NCBI GenBank assembly: GCA_051294905.1
Contig: CM119382.1
Location: 25,854,001 to 25,918,000, forward strand
DNA length: 64,000 bases
Direction of reading: 5' to 3'
From: Botryllus schlosseri
Taxonomy: Eukaryota
The position numbers were made by a program, and so were the translations under genes. The notes below the pieces were generated by a model. The model saw nothing but the letters and a program-made list of their open reading frames with translations. It ran no database searches and was not told the origin of the DNA. This document shows positions 25,681 to 38,077 of this stretch, one piece after another (within the stretch, counting starts at the first letter, position 1; each line of letters opens with the position of its first letter).

Positions 25681-28250
25681 TATAGTGAATGATACGCCCA
25701 AGGTATTTGAAAGTTTTCAATATGATGATTATGCAGAGAGCAGATCGAAGTCAGGTAAGCCAGTTCTTCAGTGTGGTTAAATATCATAGTTTTTGTTTTC
25801 GACTCATTAATTTGTAATCCAAAATCAGTAAGAACTTCTGATAGCAGTTTCAGGCCTTCCTGGAGAGAAGATTGGTCTTTGAAAAAGAATTCAAGATCGT
25901 CCGCATAGCCTGAGCCCATGTTGACAGCTGTTCCTTGGTAGTTTTTGTCCCTTTTATTTTCTCGTGCATAGTCCGGTGTGCGAAAATGATACTGGCTGAA
26001 AGCGATATCAGTTAGTTCCGATCTGTGTAGGAAAACTCTCACGGCATAGTCCATGTAAAGATTGAAGAGGATAGGGGATTCGGGGCCGCCCTGTCGAACT
26101 CCGGATTTTGTGGAAAAAGTTTGGTTAGTGTGGCTTTTCAGTTCGGTTGTTGTGGATCGATACAGAGAGGCAAGTAAGTTCACGATTTTGGTTCCCTTAT
26201 CCTCACCGATTCGATTTCGTAGCGACTGAATTAGCCACGTTCTGTTGACGTGGTCGAACGCAGAGGAGAGATCGACAAACAAGGCATATGTTTGTATATC
26301 AGTTTTTTCAGCAATGATTTGAGACTGCTTCGTGACATATATACAGTCGGTGGTTCCCTTCCCTTTTCTAAAGCCACATTGGAATTCGAGAATTTGCTGG
26401 TTATACCATTCCTCTATTCTTGATATGATTATTTGTATTAGCAGTTTACAGAATACGCTTCCAACTTGAATAGCGCGATATGTTGATGGATCGGTTCTGC
26501 TTCCTTTGTTTTTCCATATGGCAGTTAGCTTGCTGTGGCCGAATGATTGGGGTAATTTTTCAATCTCCCATATTGTTTGGAACAATTCTGTAATTTTATC
26601 CATGATCAATTTTGATGACGCCATTGCTCTCAAAATCTCCGGTGGTACGTCTGAACTGGATTTCTTACGCTTCAGTTTTTCAATAGTTCGTCTAATTTCC
26701 TCGAGTGTTGGTGGGTCTTCATCGATAGTGGAGCTTTTTTCTCGCATCAATTTTAAAGCATTTGGAATGTATTCCAGATCATTTGGCATCCCAACCGATT
26801 TCTCATTTCCTTGAGCGTCAAAATGTTTTTTGAAGAATTCAGCCAGTTTACTGGCTTGGCAGGAAATTGTGGTATTGCCTTTACCCAGAGTAAAACCGTG
26901 TGCTTTAGCGTTTTTGAACAGAGTTGCGGTTTCCCTGTTTATCGCATTTAGATTTATTTTTTCTGCTTCAGTTTTCCAGTGCCTGTTCATCAAAAAGTTT
27001 TTCCTTTTTCTAATTTTCTTTCTGAGGAGTGTTATGGCACTTTGAGAGTCTGGATTGTTCCGTCCCACGTCTTTCAGTTTCTGTAGCAAATCGTTCAGTG
27101 CTTGATCACTTTCCCATATGTTTCCGAATTTTTCCTTATTATATATTTCGGAAGTATATTCTCCGTGGACTATTCTCCGTGGACATTTGCATCGATACTG
27201 CTAGCTTTTCGTATAGTGCGTCCACGTCATTTTGCTGGCAGTCAGTTGAAAGAGATTGTTCTACATCTTCGATTAGCCTGTTTTTGTAGTCGGTATTATT
27301 TAGGTAGCCGAGGTCCGATGCCCCGCTCTCTTTTTCTTTATTAAGTTTCCGTGGTCTGAAACGTTCTTGTCTAGTAAATGGTGTTTTCATTTTTGCCACT
27401 AGAATTGTATGATCTGAATTTATTTGAACAGATCTTTTTGCACTGCAGTCGGCCATATATTGCCTCAGCCAGGATTCACAAAGAATGTAGTTCAATTTTT
27501 TTCGCGTTTTGCCATCTGGGCTAGTCCATGTTGTTTTCTTCCGTTCGTGATGTATATAGAACGTGCTAGAAACGCACAGGTCTTTCTCTCTGCAGAAGTT
27601 GATCAGGCGATCACCGTTATCATTGCATGTGCAGTTCATTATGCAATTCTTGCCATTGAAAGAGCTGTGTGTTTCGCATAGGTTCGTCGTTGCATTCATA
27701 TCTCCCATTACAATAATTTTTCGATGCTGTTCACCGTCATCTGCTTGGCAGACTTTGGAAAGACTATTGTAAAAATCGGCCTTGGTTGATGACGCTTTAT
27801 CTTCCGTCGGGGCATAGGTGATAATAAATTTTATGTCAAGGTTGTGTACGTTAATTTTTGCCACAATCAATCTGGGTGATATGTTAATTACGTCTCGAAT
27901 CTTTATGAAGCTGCATTGTCGAATTATTATGCCGACGCCATGTTTTCGAATGGATTTGTGCCCTTGCCAGTAAAATTTGTATTTACATCCATTCGCCTCA
28001 ATAACTTTTTCTCCGCTGTCAAGTCGTTTGATTTCTTGTAAACCGACGATGTCTAGGCCTGCGTCACTTATTGCTTTGACGACTTCGTATGCTTTCTCGT
28101 CCTCTCTCATGGTTCTGACATTTATAGTTCCAAATTTCCACTATCTTTTGTCTTGGTCTCTGATGGATTTTCGATTCAGAACATTTCCGGATGGTGCTGA
28201 ATCACTGCATCCCATCCTGTGAAGTATATGGTTAGGAGATATTGTTGGTC
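25680..28250 (-). mobile_element. RTE-like non-LTR retrotransposon (APE plus RT), frameshifted and truncated
   Basis: GTINVRTM, DIVGLQE, GDMNA, SDH endonuclease motifs; FVDLSSAFDHV, GVRQGGPESPILFN, YADD RT motifs; ends near the FKYLG thumb motif. Confidence 0.9.
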
Positions 28251-28254
28251 CCTG

Positions 28255-28920
28255 AATTTCATGGTCTGTGATTTTGATTGTGGCGTCATACTTTGCCTTT
28301 TTGGTTTTGCTTTTAAACCTGTTCAAATCCCTTCAGTGTGCCGATAACTCTTGAAAAGAGGCACCCGAAAAGTCTTCGAGTTTAATAAATATACTGCTAC
28401 AATGGATGTTGTATTGAAAGCTATATTCAAGTTCTGTACCACGAACCAGCTATTTAAGTACTTCCGGAAAGGGCACAGTGTCGCTCAGCTGAACAAATTG
28501 AATTTGTTAGTCAAGAGCCGAGGGAAGATCAGAGCTTTGCGGTCGTCAATAGATCACCTAAAGAAATGCGTCGAACTACGGGTAGTTCCGAAGCGCATCA
28601 GGATTAGAATCGACAAGTCTCGCGCTCGACATAGCCCCAACATCGAACGGGCATTTCTTTTCGATGAGATCGAGAAAAAGAAATCTTCTATACCACACTG
28701 GTGGAAGAAATGTCGATCACTTCAACAAGAAGTCAGAGATTTCCTGTCATTTTTTGACTTGATGCGTTTTTGCCGTTACCTGAGTATCATTGACACTCGC
28801 AAGGAAAAGGAGAACCAGAGGAAGTATGACCGTATCCTCAAAGTTTTATTTCAAAATCGGTTTGGAAATTCGCCAAGTACGGGGAAGAATATCATAGCAA
28901 ATCTTTCGAGTTATAAACTC
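28255..28920 (+). mobile_element. Penelope-like element: pLTR plus 5-prime part of ORF
   Basis: Nearly identical to the reverse complement of 31915-32570 and, in its first part, to the pLTR at 33945-34110. Confidence 0.9.
28346..28382 (+). ncRNA. Minimal type I hammerhead ribozyme motif, U3-A8 core variant
   Basis: Stem I AACUC/GAGUU, core UUGAAAA, short helix II, GAAA, helix III AAG-U-CUU, cleavage triplet UUC. Confidence 0.65.
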
Positions 28921-29127
28921 ATTGAAGCTGAATTCAACGCTACTAGTAGCAGTTTGCAACAATTCAAGAAATATTTCACGCGGTAGTTTCGGAGGTTCAA
29001 GCGTGCCATCATAAAGCGCGTCTGCGCAGATTTCGAAAGTTTCCGACAATGGTACGTTAGTAAAAAGACTTTTCACATCAAATGAGCTAAGAAATACATT
29101 GGACGGATTTAATTTGGCGCGTTTTAA

Positions 29128-31171
29128 GGGGGTAAGGTACTGCTAGACACACAAAATTTTCAAATTGCGATATTTCATGAACAGTCAGTCCTAGATTCTC
29201 AAAAATTGGTATGTGAACTATTTATACTCAACTTTATACACTGTAAAAATTTTAGCATTTTACAAAAATTCCTTGGGCCCGAATTGGGGGGGAGATTGGT
29301 GAATCGGACGGTTAGCACGGGGAAACGCCTGTCTCTTCGATGGATGCCGAGATATCCTAAAAAATGCTTCATAAAGTATCCTAATGCCTCTAAGCACCTG
29401 CTGAAACGCTTGAAACTTCCGATTTTTCGAAAAATTTTACGAAATATGTGTTTGGTACTGGTACGGTGCCGAATTTTCGATTTTTTTTCATAAAATTCAG
29501 ATCATAAGTAGCAAAGTAAGTAAACTAAAACTCTTATAGAAGAAACAATAGTTTCAGCAGGTAGAACAGCCCTACTGCTTGTACTGAGCCAAGTTTGATC
29601 AGAATTGAAGGTCTTCTGATATCAAAATTCGCTTTCCCTGTGACACCATATTAACAAAAACTAGAAATAGGAGAAAATCAACTTTGAAAATTGAAAAATA
29701 TTCTATTGAAAAAGTAGAGCAGGTATTTGAAATCTGTTGCTTTTAAATGGTACAAGCATGCTTTAATCAGTACATAGCCAAATTTGAAGACAATTGAGTG
29801 TGCCTAAATGCAAAATCAGTCATAAAAAGTATGAGTGATTTGATGATTTTTTACTCAAAACTGCTATCCCAGATTCGAAAAATTTACAAACCTTGAATTG
29901 GACATCAGTTAGATGTTGTGAAGATGAAACAACATATCAAGAATACTGCGATATTGTCAAAATACCGATTGCAGGTAGTGTGAGTGGGGATACTTCACCC
30001 ATATTTCACGCGTGATCTTTCAAACATATAATTTTTAGCATCAATTTCATCATGACACTCCAATACTAATTAGAGTTGCATAACCCTTAGCATTCTGCAT
30101 TTGCAAGGTCATGCAATTTGAAAAAAGCTCAATACTTGCAAGGTCCTTGAAGTCGGGTTTGACCATTTGATACATTTTGGATGTCAGCGGATACTTGCGG
30201 ATTGGATCGGTAGCATCTTCAAGTTTTACCTTCAAATAAAAGCACCTCCTTTCATCACAATTGCCGTGCATCGGTTCTTCTGGAGTTGAGCTGTTGGGCA
30301 TCAGTATTGCCCACACTTCCTCGATGCTTCCTGTGCATCTGGTGCACCATTTACGATGGCATTATCATAATACTGGCTCCATTTTGGTGTTTATCTGGTG
30401 ATGACAATGCTTTTTGTCTTCCTGTTCAACATCATCTCTTTTGATGATGTGAACCGACGAAAAATTTCTTTCTTGCAGCACGACACTCCGATGCTAATCT
30501 CTGTGGCAAAGCCTTGCTGGATATTTTGCCAATAGCCCCTGCCTGTTGAACCACAGTCAGGGCAAGTCACAATACATTGAATAACTGCATCATGCATGAC
30601 TTGCTAGGAAAAAGGTTTCCTCTGAATTCCATCCACCACCATCAGACTTCAACGCAGATAAAAGTTCCAAACTTTTCTTGAATGACTTTATCATAATATT
30701 TTCTCCTTCTCTGGTCAAATGCCTGTGTTGTTGTTTTCTTTGTCCCGCCCATTGTAAAATCACAACTAACTATCAGTTTTCCCACAAAATAATTAAAAAA
30801 TCGGCCACCGACAACAGGATAGCTAATCAGTAATCACAGTGTCTTGTGAGTGCTTTACAACTGCTTTGGCTGCCAAAGAATGTTATGATATTCATGCTTG
30901 AGTGATTACAGATATGGCTCTTTTTAATAACTGTTTAAATTATAAGGATGTGGTCTTTAGTGACAATTTTGAGCTGGTTAAAAATATGGGGGGGGGGGTG
31001 TGGGTATGGAATTTTTACGAAAATGAGAGATTTTAAATGGAATTTTAACCTACTTATAGCTTGAAATCATGCAAGATGATTACATTTTTGGAAAGAGCTA
31101 GTCTCATACTTTGTAATTCTGCAATAAAAAAATTATGAAAAATTTTGATGATCTGGGAGTACCTTACCCCC
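29128..31171 (-). mobile_element. Kolobok DNA transposon, internally deleted
   Basis: 14-bp TIR GGGGGTAAGGTACT, TTAA TSD (29124-27 and 31172-75); fragments CPDC...QGFATEISIGVSCCK and HGNCDERRCFY...VKPDFKDLAS..L..C..LQMQN. Confidence 0.85.
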
Positions 31172-32457
31172 TTAATTCGTCTACAAACGTGAACGAGTCG
31201 CGAACGCAGTGGTGCGTATACAAGGATCGAACTGGCTCAATGACGGTGTTGAGCCATTTGGCTAAATTATGTTGTGCCGATCCACACATAGACAATATGG
31301 GGCGAAGAGGTACGTTATCTTTATGTGTTTTCGGTAAACCGTACATACGCGGCCGTTGTGATCCCGTTGGGCGTAGAGACTCGTATAGATTTGAAGGAAG
31401 TACTCCATCCTTCTTCAGTTTGAGAAGGCGACGCTGCAGCCTCATTTCTAACTTGCGCGTGTTATCGTTCATGTCGGCAGGACCCAGGTTGGTGAACTTT
31501 GACGAATCTTGAAGATTGGATTCCATTTTCATGTTGTAATCTACCCGGTTCAAAATCAATCACAACTCCAGAACCTTTGTCAGGATTTGTGATGCAAATT
31601 TTTTCGTTTGAACGTAAGGATTTGATGGCTTCAAGACAATCCTTGTTCATCAGAAAATCACCGGCGTCCACTGGGGTGCCACAATACGCATGTGCAAGAT
31701 CACCGAGCTTAGCTTTCATCGCAGAAAAATATTCCGGAGATAATGGTCTATGGTGTTGTAGTTGACCAATTAATACCTCGAAATCGGCGAATATTTCTTC
31801 TCTCTTAACGCTGTTGGGAGGCAGACAAAAATCCAATCCATGAGACAATACAAATTCGTTGGGAGGCAGACAAAAATCCAATCCATGAGACAATACAAAT
31901 TCTTCGATATCACTGCGCTGAGTTTATAACTCGAGAGATTTGCTATGATATTCTTCCCCGTACTTGCCGAATTTCCAAACCGATTTTGAAATAAAACTTT
32001 GAGGATACGGTCATACTTCCTCTGGTTCTCCTTTTCCTTGCGAGTGTCAATGATACTCAGGTAACGGCAAAAACGCATCAAGTCAAAAAATGACAGGAAA
32101 TCTCTGACTTCTTGTTGAAGTGATCGACATTTCTTCCACCAGTGTGGTATAGAAGATTTCTTTTTCTCGATCTCATCGAAAAGAAATGCCCGTTCGATGT
32201 TGGGGCTATGTCGAGCGCGAGACTTGTCGATTCTAATCCTGATGCGCTTCGGAACTACCCGTAGTTCGACGCATTTCTTTAGGTGATCTATTGACGACCG
32301 CAAAGCTCTGATCTTCCCTCGGCTCTTGACTAACAAATTCAATTTGTTCATCTGAGCGACACTGTGCCTTTTCCGGAAGTACTTAAATAGCTGGTTCGTG
32401 GTACAGAACTTGAATATAGCTTTCAATACAACATCCATTGTAGCAGTATATTTATTA

Positions 32458-32494
32458 AACTCGAAGACTTTTCGGGTGCCTCTTTTCAAGAGTT
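32458..32494 (-). ncRNA. Minimal hammerhead motif, second copy of the U3-A8 variant
   Basis: Reverse complement of 28346-28382. Confidence 0.65.
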
Positions 32495-32609
32495 ATCGGC
32501 ACACTGAAGGGATTTAAACAGATTTAAAAGCAAAACCAAAAAGGCACAGTATGACGCAACAATCAAGATCATGGGCAGGAAGTTCGCAAATTCGCAAAGG
32601 CAGGAAGTA

Positions 32610-34110
32610 CATCTTTCTTGAATATTTCTTGAATTGTTGCAAACTGCTACTAGTAGCGTTGAATTCAGCTTCAATGACACGATGTTCCGTCAATGTAACG
32701 GTATTGCGATGGGTTTACCGTTGGGACCTAGTCTGGCCGATATATTCGTGGGATACCATGAAAGAAATTGTCTGAAAACGTCGCAAAGCCTCTCCTCTAT
32801 TTTAGATATGTCGATGACACCTTTGTTGCCTTTAAAAATGAGCGAGAGTGTAATAATTTCTTCGAAAAATTGAATTGTCTCCATCCAGCTCTACAATTTA
32901 CCATGAAAAAGGAAACTGATGCTGCCCTTCCCTTTTTAGACGTCTTAGTAGAGAGATCAGGACAAACGTTTTTAACGTCGGTGTACAGAAAACCTACTTT
33001 CACTGGTCATTATATTCGTTGGGATTCATTCTGCCCGAAGCGGCGTAAATTAGGATTCATTCTGCCCGAAGCGGCGTAAATTAAACCTCATTTCATCTCG
33101 CGTTAATCGCGCCTTGCGCCTCTGCTCACTGGATAAACTGTTACGCGAATTGGATGATATCCACTTGATTCTCTCCAAAAATGGCTATCCAGACCACATA
33201 TTAAAATGCTCCATCTCTAGGGTATTGAAAAAATCGGATACAGCTCCAATATATGACCCAGAAAAATGCCCGGCATTTTTACACCTACCTTTGCTAGGTA
33301 ATGTGTCTAGCCGATTTGAAAAGCTTATTAAATCGGCTGTTCACCGTTGCTATTACAGCGTTAACACGCATGTAGTGTACACGACGAAACCCTTGTTACC
33401 CAACTCTCGAAAAGATGTACTTCCTGCCTTTGATGCAAGTAATGTTGTTTACCAATACAAGTGCCACTGTGATAGTAGGTATGTAGGACGTACATCTCAA
33501 AGATTGTTTGAGCGTATTAAGCAGCATATCCCAAAATTGATTCTGTCAAAAACATGCGCAAATGATCGCACGGAGCTCGCACGTCAGTGTAAATTGGCTG
33601 GAAAAACAGACTGCTATGATGAGTGCCAAGCATATGCTTCGTCAATCGGTCAGCGTCTGAGCGAAAACCTTGCCTGAGCACAGCACTATGATGACAATAT
33701 GTTCACTGTCATTGCGCGTGGTAGGTCTGTGTTTCATTCAAAAGTGTTGGAGTCTACTATTATTCAGTTGAGATAACCTATTTTATGCAGACAGAAAGAT
33801 TTTCTCTATAACCTACAAATTTCAAATTAGTGCGTGTTGTTCCGTGCGTGTAATTGTTTATTTACAAATTGTGCTGTTACCATAGTACCGTATGTCCGTA
33901 TACTTCGTAGGTTGTTTGTTATTGTTGCCATTGATACAATGCGAATTTCATGGTCTGTGATCTTGATTGTTGCGTCATACTGTGCCTCTTTGGTTTTGCT
34001 TTTAAATCTGTTTAAATCCCTTCAGTGTGCCGATAACTCTTGAAAAAAAGCACCCGAGAAGTCTTCGAGTTTAATAAATATACTGCTACAATGGATGTTG
34101 TATTGAAAGC
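32610..34110 (+). mobile_element. Penelope-like element RT 3-prime half, GIY-YIG endonuclease and pLTR
   Basis: GIAMGLPLGPSLADIF, RYVDDTF, LPFLDVLV, VYRKPTFTG; VVYQYKC..YVGRTSQRLFERIKQH; pLTR with degenerate hammerhead at 34035-34071. Confidence 0.92.
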
Positions 34111-34226
34111 TTTCTTGAGTCGTTGTTGCATTTCAGAACACAACAATCATAGTGTGATCTTCCTGTCACAGTCCACGATCCCGCATCTGCATTCATGTCT
34201 GTTATCTCACAGGCAATACAGTATAA

Positions 34227-35317
34227 AGCCTAGTGCACATTTGCGTAATTCGTACGCGCGTACTGGACGCGTAAAGTATTTTGGTAGTTTCTTTCCTTTC
34301 TCTGCTCTTCTCTCGTTTGCTCGTCGCGTAAAGAGCCTCTTTTCTCTCGTTTTTTTTACGCGGGCATTACGCGGACCTTACGCGGAGAGAGCGATTCGTA
34401 CGCGCGTATTGTTGACTTGCCAAGCTCCCAATCAGATATAGCTTCCAAATATGGTCCAGAAAAATGCCCGGCATTTTTACACCTACCTTGGCTAGGTAAC
34501 GTGTCTAACCGTTTTGAAAAGCTTATTAAATCGGCTGTTCACCGTTGTTATTTCAGCGTTAACAGTTAACACGCATGTGGTGTAGCCTACACGACGAAAT
34601 CCTTGTTGCCCAGCTCTCGAAAATATGTACTCCCTGCCTTTAATGCAAGCAATGTTGTCTACCAATACAAGTGCCACTGTGATAAGATTGTTTGAGCGTA
34701 TTAAGCAGCATATCCCTTAACTGATTCGGCCAAAAACATGCGCAAATGATCGTACGGAGCTCGCATGTCAGTGCAAATTGGCTACCAGACAGCTAACAGA
34801 CTGCTATGACGATTACCAAGCATATGCTTCATCAATTGGTCAGTATCTGAGTGAAAACCTCGCCAGTGCACAGCACTATATATCTTTACTGTCATTGCGC
34901 GTGGCAGATCTTTGTTTCATTTAAAAGTGTTGGAGTCTACTATTATTCAGTTGGACAAACCTATTTTATGCAGACGAAAAGATTTCCTTGATAACCTACA
35001 TTTTTCTCATTAGTGTGTGTAAATCTTTTCGTCTGCATAAAATAGGTTTACTGTTTATTTACAAATTGCGTCGCTATTATAGTACCGTATGTCCGTATAC
35101 AGTAAAGTATCTTACTGTTGCCATTGATACAATGCGAATTTCATGGTCTGTGATTTTGATTGTTGCGTTGCTGACACTCGGCAGCGACAACATGCGGCAC
35201 AGCGCTAAATTTGTTCTCACTTTTCCTTCAGCGATGACGTAACCTCTCGTTTTGGCCAACTTAGTGAGAGAGTGAAAATCGTACGCGCGTACGAATTACG
35301 CAAATGTGCACTAGGCT
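34227..35317. mobile_element. PIF/Harbinger-type MITE
   Basis: 37-bp perfect TIR AGCCTAGTGCACATTTGCGTAATTCGTACGCGCGTAC; 3-bp TAA TSD; related internal sequence at about 15890-16025 on the minus strand. Confidence 0.88.
34432..35168 (+). mobile_element. 5-prime truncated Penelope-like copy (GIY-YIG plus part of pLTR) inside the Harbinger MITE
   Basis: Colinear with 33237-33975 with scattered substitutions and deletions. Confidence 0.85.
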
Positions 35318-35819
35318 TAATAATATATAGATTGTTTATCGTAAAAGTTCTTTGCAAGAAATCAACCTGTCCATATCAAACATAAAACTGTATTACAGGA
35401 ATAAATTCACTAATTATTAAATTACATAAATATATCCGTTTTGACCAGCCATTTTACAAATATATATGCACTATTATCTTAGAAGTCAACCTGATATGCC
35501 ATGATGTTCTCGACTTCTTGTGCAGTCGTGAGTTGTCAGTGGTCACAAACCAGTACCGAAAAACTTCGTAAAACGGCTGAAATCGGCAGTTTTTCGCTAA
35601 AAAAAAGATTCCATGCTAATAATGAACATGCTACTCATTTAATTTTGCATCGATACCCTGAACTGCATCATATCGACAACCCACGGAGATAAATAGCGAA
35701 TCCAACTCCAAAACTGCCATCTGCGCGCACGAAGCAAGATTCACCGACCGCCATCCCTTGGAGTAGGGGTTAAACCCGCTCAGAGGCCAAACGCCAGACG
35801 CCGAGCGGCGGCCAAATGT

Positions 35820-36045
35820 CTGTACGGCGTTTGGCGTCTGTTGTGGTGAGACGCCGAGTAGCTATACGGCGTTTGGCGTCTGTTATGTTCAGACGCCGAG
35901 TAGCTATACGGCGTTTGGCGTCTGTTATATTCAGACGCCGAGTAGCTACACGGCGTTTGGCGTCTGTTATGTTCAGACGCCGAGTAGCTACACGGCGTTT
36001 GGCCTCTGGTATGTTGAGACGCCTAGTAGCTATACGGCGTTTGGT
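35820..36045. repeat. Subterminal 42-bp tandem repeat
   Basis: Unit AGACGCCGAGTAGCTATACGGCGTTTGGCGTCTGTTATGTTC, about five copies; one related unit at about 39245-39290. Confidence 0.95.
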
Positions 36046-36216
36046 GCCTCGGTAAACTGAGCAGAGGCTAACTCATTTCATGGCGCGACTATCAAGTTCT
36101 CGCAACTATGTGATATCTGAGATTGCATATTGTTAATTTTTTGTCATAATAAGCGGTGGCAGAATCCCAAATGATCTATTCTATGTTCAGCTGTATCAAA
36201 TTATTGTATCACCGCC

Positions 36217-36614
36217 CAGGGTTGCAATGAATCGAGTCATGACTCGACTCACAATTTTTTTGATGACTCGAGTCTCTTTCTTAAAAATGGATTTACTCAT
36301 TGTATGACGTATTCAATAATGGTATATTAGGACTGATAAATGGGCCCAAACCTGCCTTTTATCTGTTACAATAACCATGTTTAGAATGGAAAAAAATAAA
36401 CATAAAAATTATCCGAGGCCTTTGATATCACCCCCGCGAGTTCCACAGAAGTGATCTGAAGCTGAACTCGATGGGGAACAGTAAACACCATGACTTGGAC
36501 TCGACCCATTGCTCTCGGGTTGACTCGTTGGGGATTGCTCAGACTTGACTCGCCGGTGAATTGAAAACGACTCGACTTGACTTCTTGAAACCTAGTGACT
36601 TGGTTACAACCCTG
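36217..36614. mobile_element. hAT-like MITE with GACTC motif arrays
   Basis: Ends CAGGGTTG / CAACCCTG; flanks TCACCGCC and TCACCACC (7 of 8). Confidence 0.75.
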
Positions 36615-36679
36615 TCACCACCCCATATTTGTACACTCGCAATGAATTTCTGCATATACAGTATGTAATGAAACCACAA

Positions 36680-36915
36680 TATGAAATAGGCAACGAAACC
36701 ACAGCAGAAGGCAATGAAACCACGGTAAAAGTCATTAAGAAATAAGCAGTGGAACCACAGTAAAAGTAAAAGAAATGAGCAATCGAACGACAGGAAACGT
36801 CATTGAGAAATCAGCAGTGGAACCACAGTAAAAATGACTGAGAAATAAGCATTGGAACCATAATAAAAGTCACAAAGAAATAAGCAGTGGAACCACAGTA
36901 AAAGTCAGAGAAATA
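36680..36915. repeat. Degenerate minisatellite of about 35 bp
   Basis: Recurrent GAAATAAGCAGTGGAACCACAGTAAAA units. Confidence 0.7.
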
Positions 36916-38077
36916 AGCAAGCACATACAACCGACTCCACAAATCTGAGCTTTTCGCATTCCGCTCACTTCAAGGACTCCAGCACACCTTGCACAAACAG
37001 TTTCTTCTGGCGCCAATTCTGAAATTATTCCTTCCTTCAAATATTCATTAGGTATCTTTTCCGGGATCAGTTTATGCTCGAGAAAATACTTCATATTCAA
37101 TTGCATGTCATCAGTAGGAGGTTGAGTACTGTAAATCAAATATTAAGACTCTAAATATGGAATCTTCGAAAGTCATGCAATGAAGATTACCTCGACATAC
37201 ATGATATGAGATCTGGTTCAGTCTGGAACACATACCATTTCGCCAGTGTGATGTGCAAGAATGTTCCAGTTTTCCAAGAGCACAGACATGACCATGAGCC
37301 TCCGTCAACGTCAAATGTCACCCGCACTCTTTCACTAGGACTATAGTATGTCTTCTCGCCAGTGAAGATAGAATAATACTTGTATTTCTTCGAAATATTG
37401 AATGCTTCAAAATTCGCATGCACCACGAGTGGAGCATTGCATTGCACACTCCTCATTCTTTCATTGCTGCATTTTTCACTAGTTGCGGTTGATATTAGCT
37501 TCATTTCAACGAGGGTGTTCAAAACCTTTTCATCTAAATCAATGTTTGCACATGGACGTGCATTTTCTACAGCATCTAAATGATCACATTGGACCCCGGG
37601 ATTTTTGTCCTTGAGGGTCCCAAAAATTGATATACAGTCTTTGTCTTCACACCCAATCAGGCTTCTTAATAAATGCTTCGTAACGTGCAAAGGAGCAGCT
37701 TGGCCTGATGATCCTTGGGAGACCATAAACACACCATTTTTCGGATCAATACAAACTGCAGGAAGGGTTGCTGGAAGGCCGTGGGCACCTCGTTCATGTC
37801 TTGTCAAGCCATGAGACCTTGCATATGACTTGTCGCATTTGGTGCATTGCTTTTTACTTTTGCTATCTGTCGGTTGATTTAAACGACGAGTCTTGCTTTC
37901 CTTGTTTGGTGGCGGATTGCCACATACTTTTTGTAAATGACTTTCAAATGTACCACGTCGACCAAGAACTTTAGTGCAGGTATGGCAGTGGTAGTGACTC
38001 CTGCCTCTGGCCTGACCAATACGTTCCATACACTTCAAACGGCATGGTACGATATAGCCTGGAATATGTGAATACAA
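36915..38077 (-). pseudogene. C2H2 zinc fingers, SWIM-like and CxC module of an HMGXB3/Zisupton-like protein; frameshifted
   Basis: HYHCHTCTKV...HLQKVC, CTKCDKSYARSHGLTRHERGAH, AVCIDPKNGVFMV..G...PLHV.K, WSCLC, PEETVCARC; no catalytic transposase domain visible. Confidence 0.7.

Larger units (their letters stand above)
28920..32570 (-). mobile_element. Penelope-like element inverted segment (pLTR, N-terminus, RT 5-prime half) interrupted by Kolobok
   Basis: KPDKG-like NPDKGSGVV, PRMYGLPKTHK, LRPILS; after removing 29128-31175 reads in frame FVDELKRAKLNPSNVFLSSFDVKSLFTNVP. Confidence 0.92.

Noticed and set aside
28351-28400. TTG start given by the ORF track for the Penelope ORF
   Set aside because: These codons overlap the hammerhead motif; the ATG of MDVVLK just downstream is the more plausible start
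29128-31171. piggyBac call based on the TTAA TSD
   Set aside because: Termini start GG rather than CC and the protein fragments resemble Kolobok transposase
35816-36055. Palindromic repeats and a 79-aa ORF suggesting a CRISPR array or repeat protein
   Set aside because: Units are head-to-tail with near-identical linkers, so there are no unique spacers; no cas genes; the ORF is a translation of the repeat
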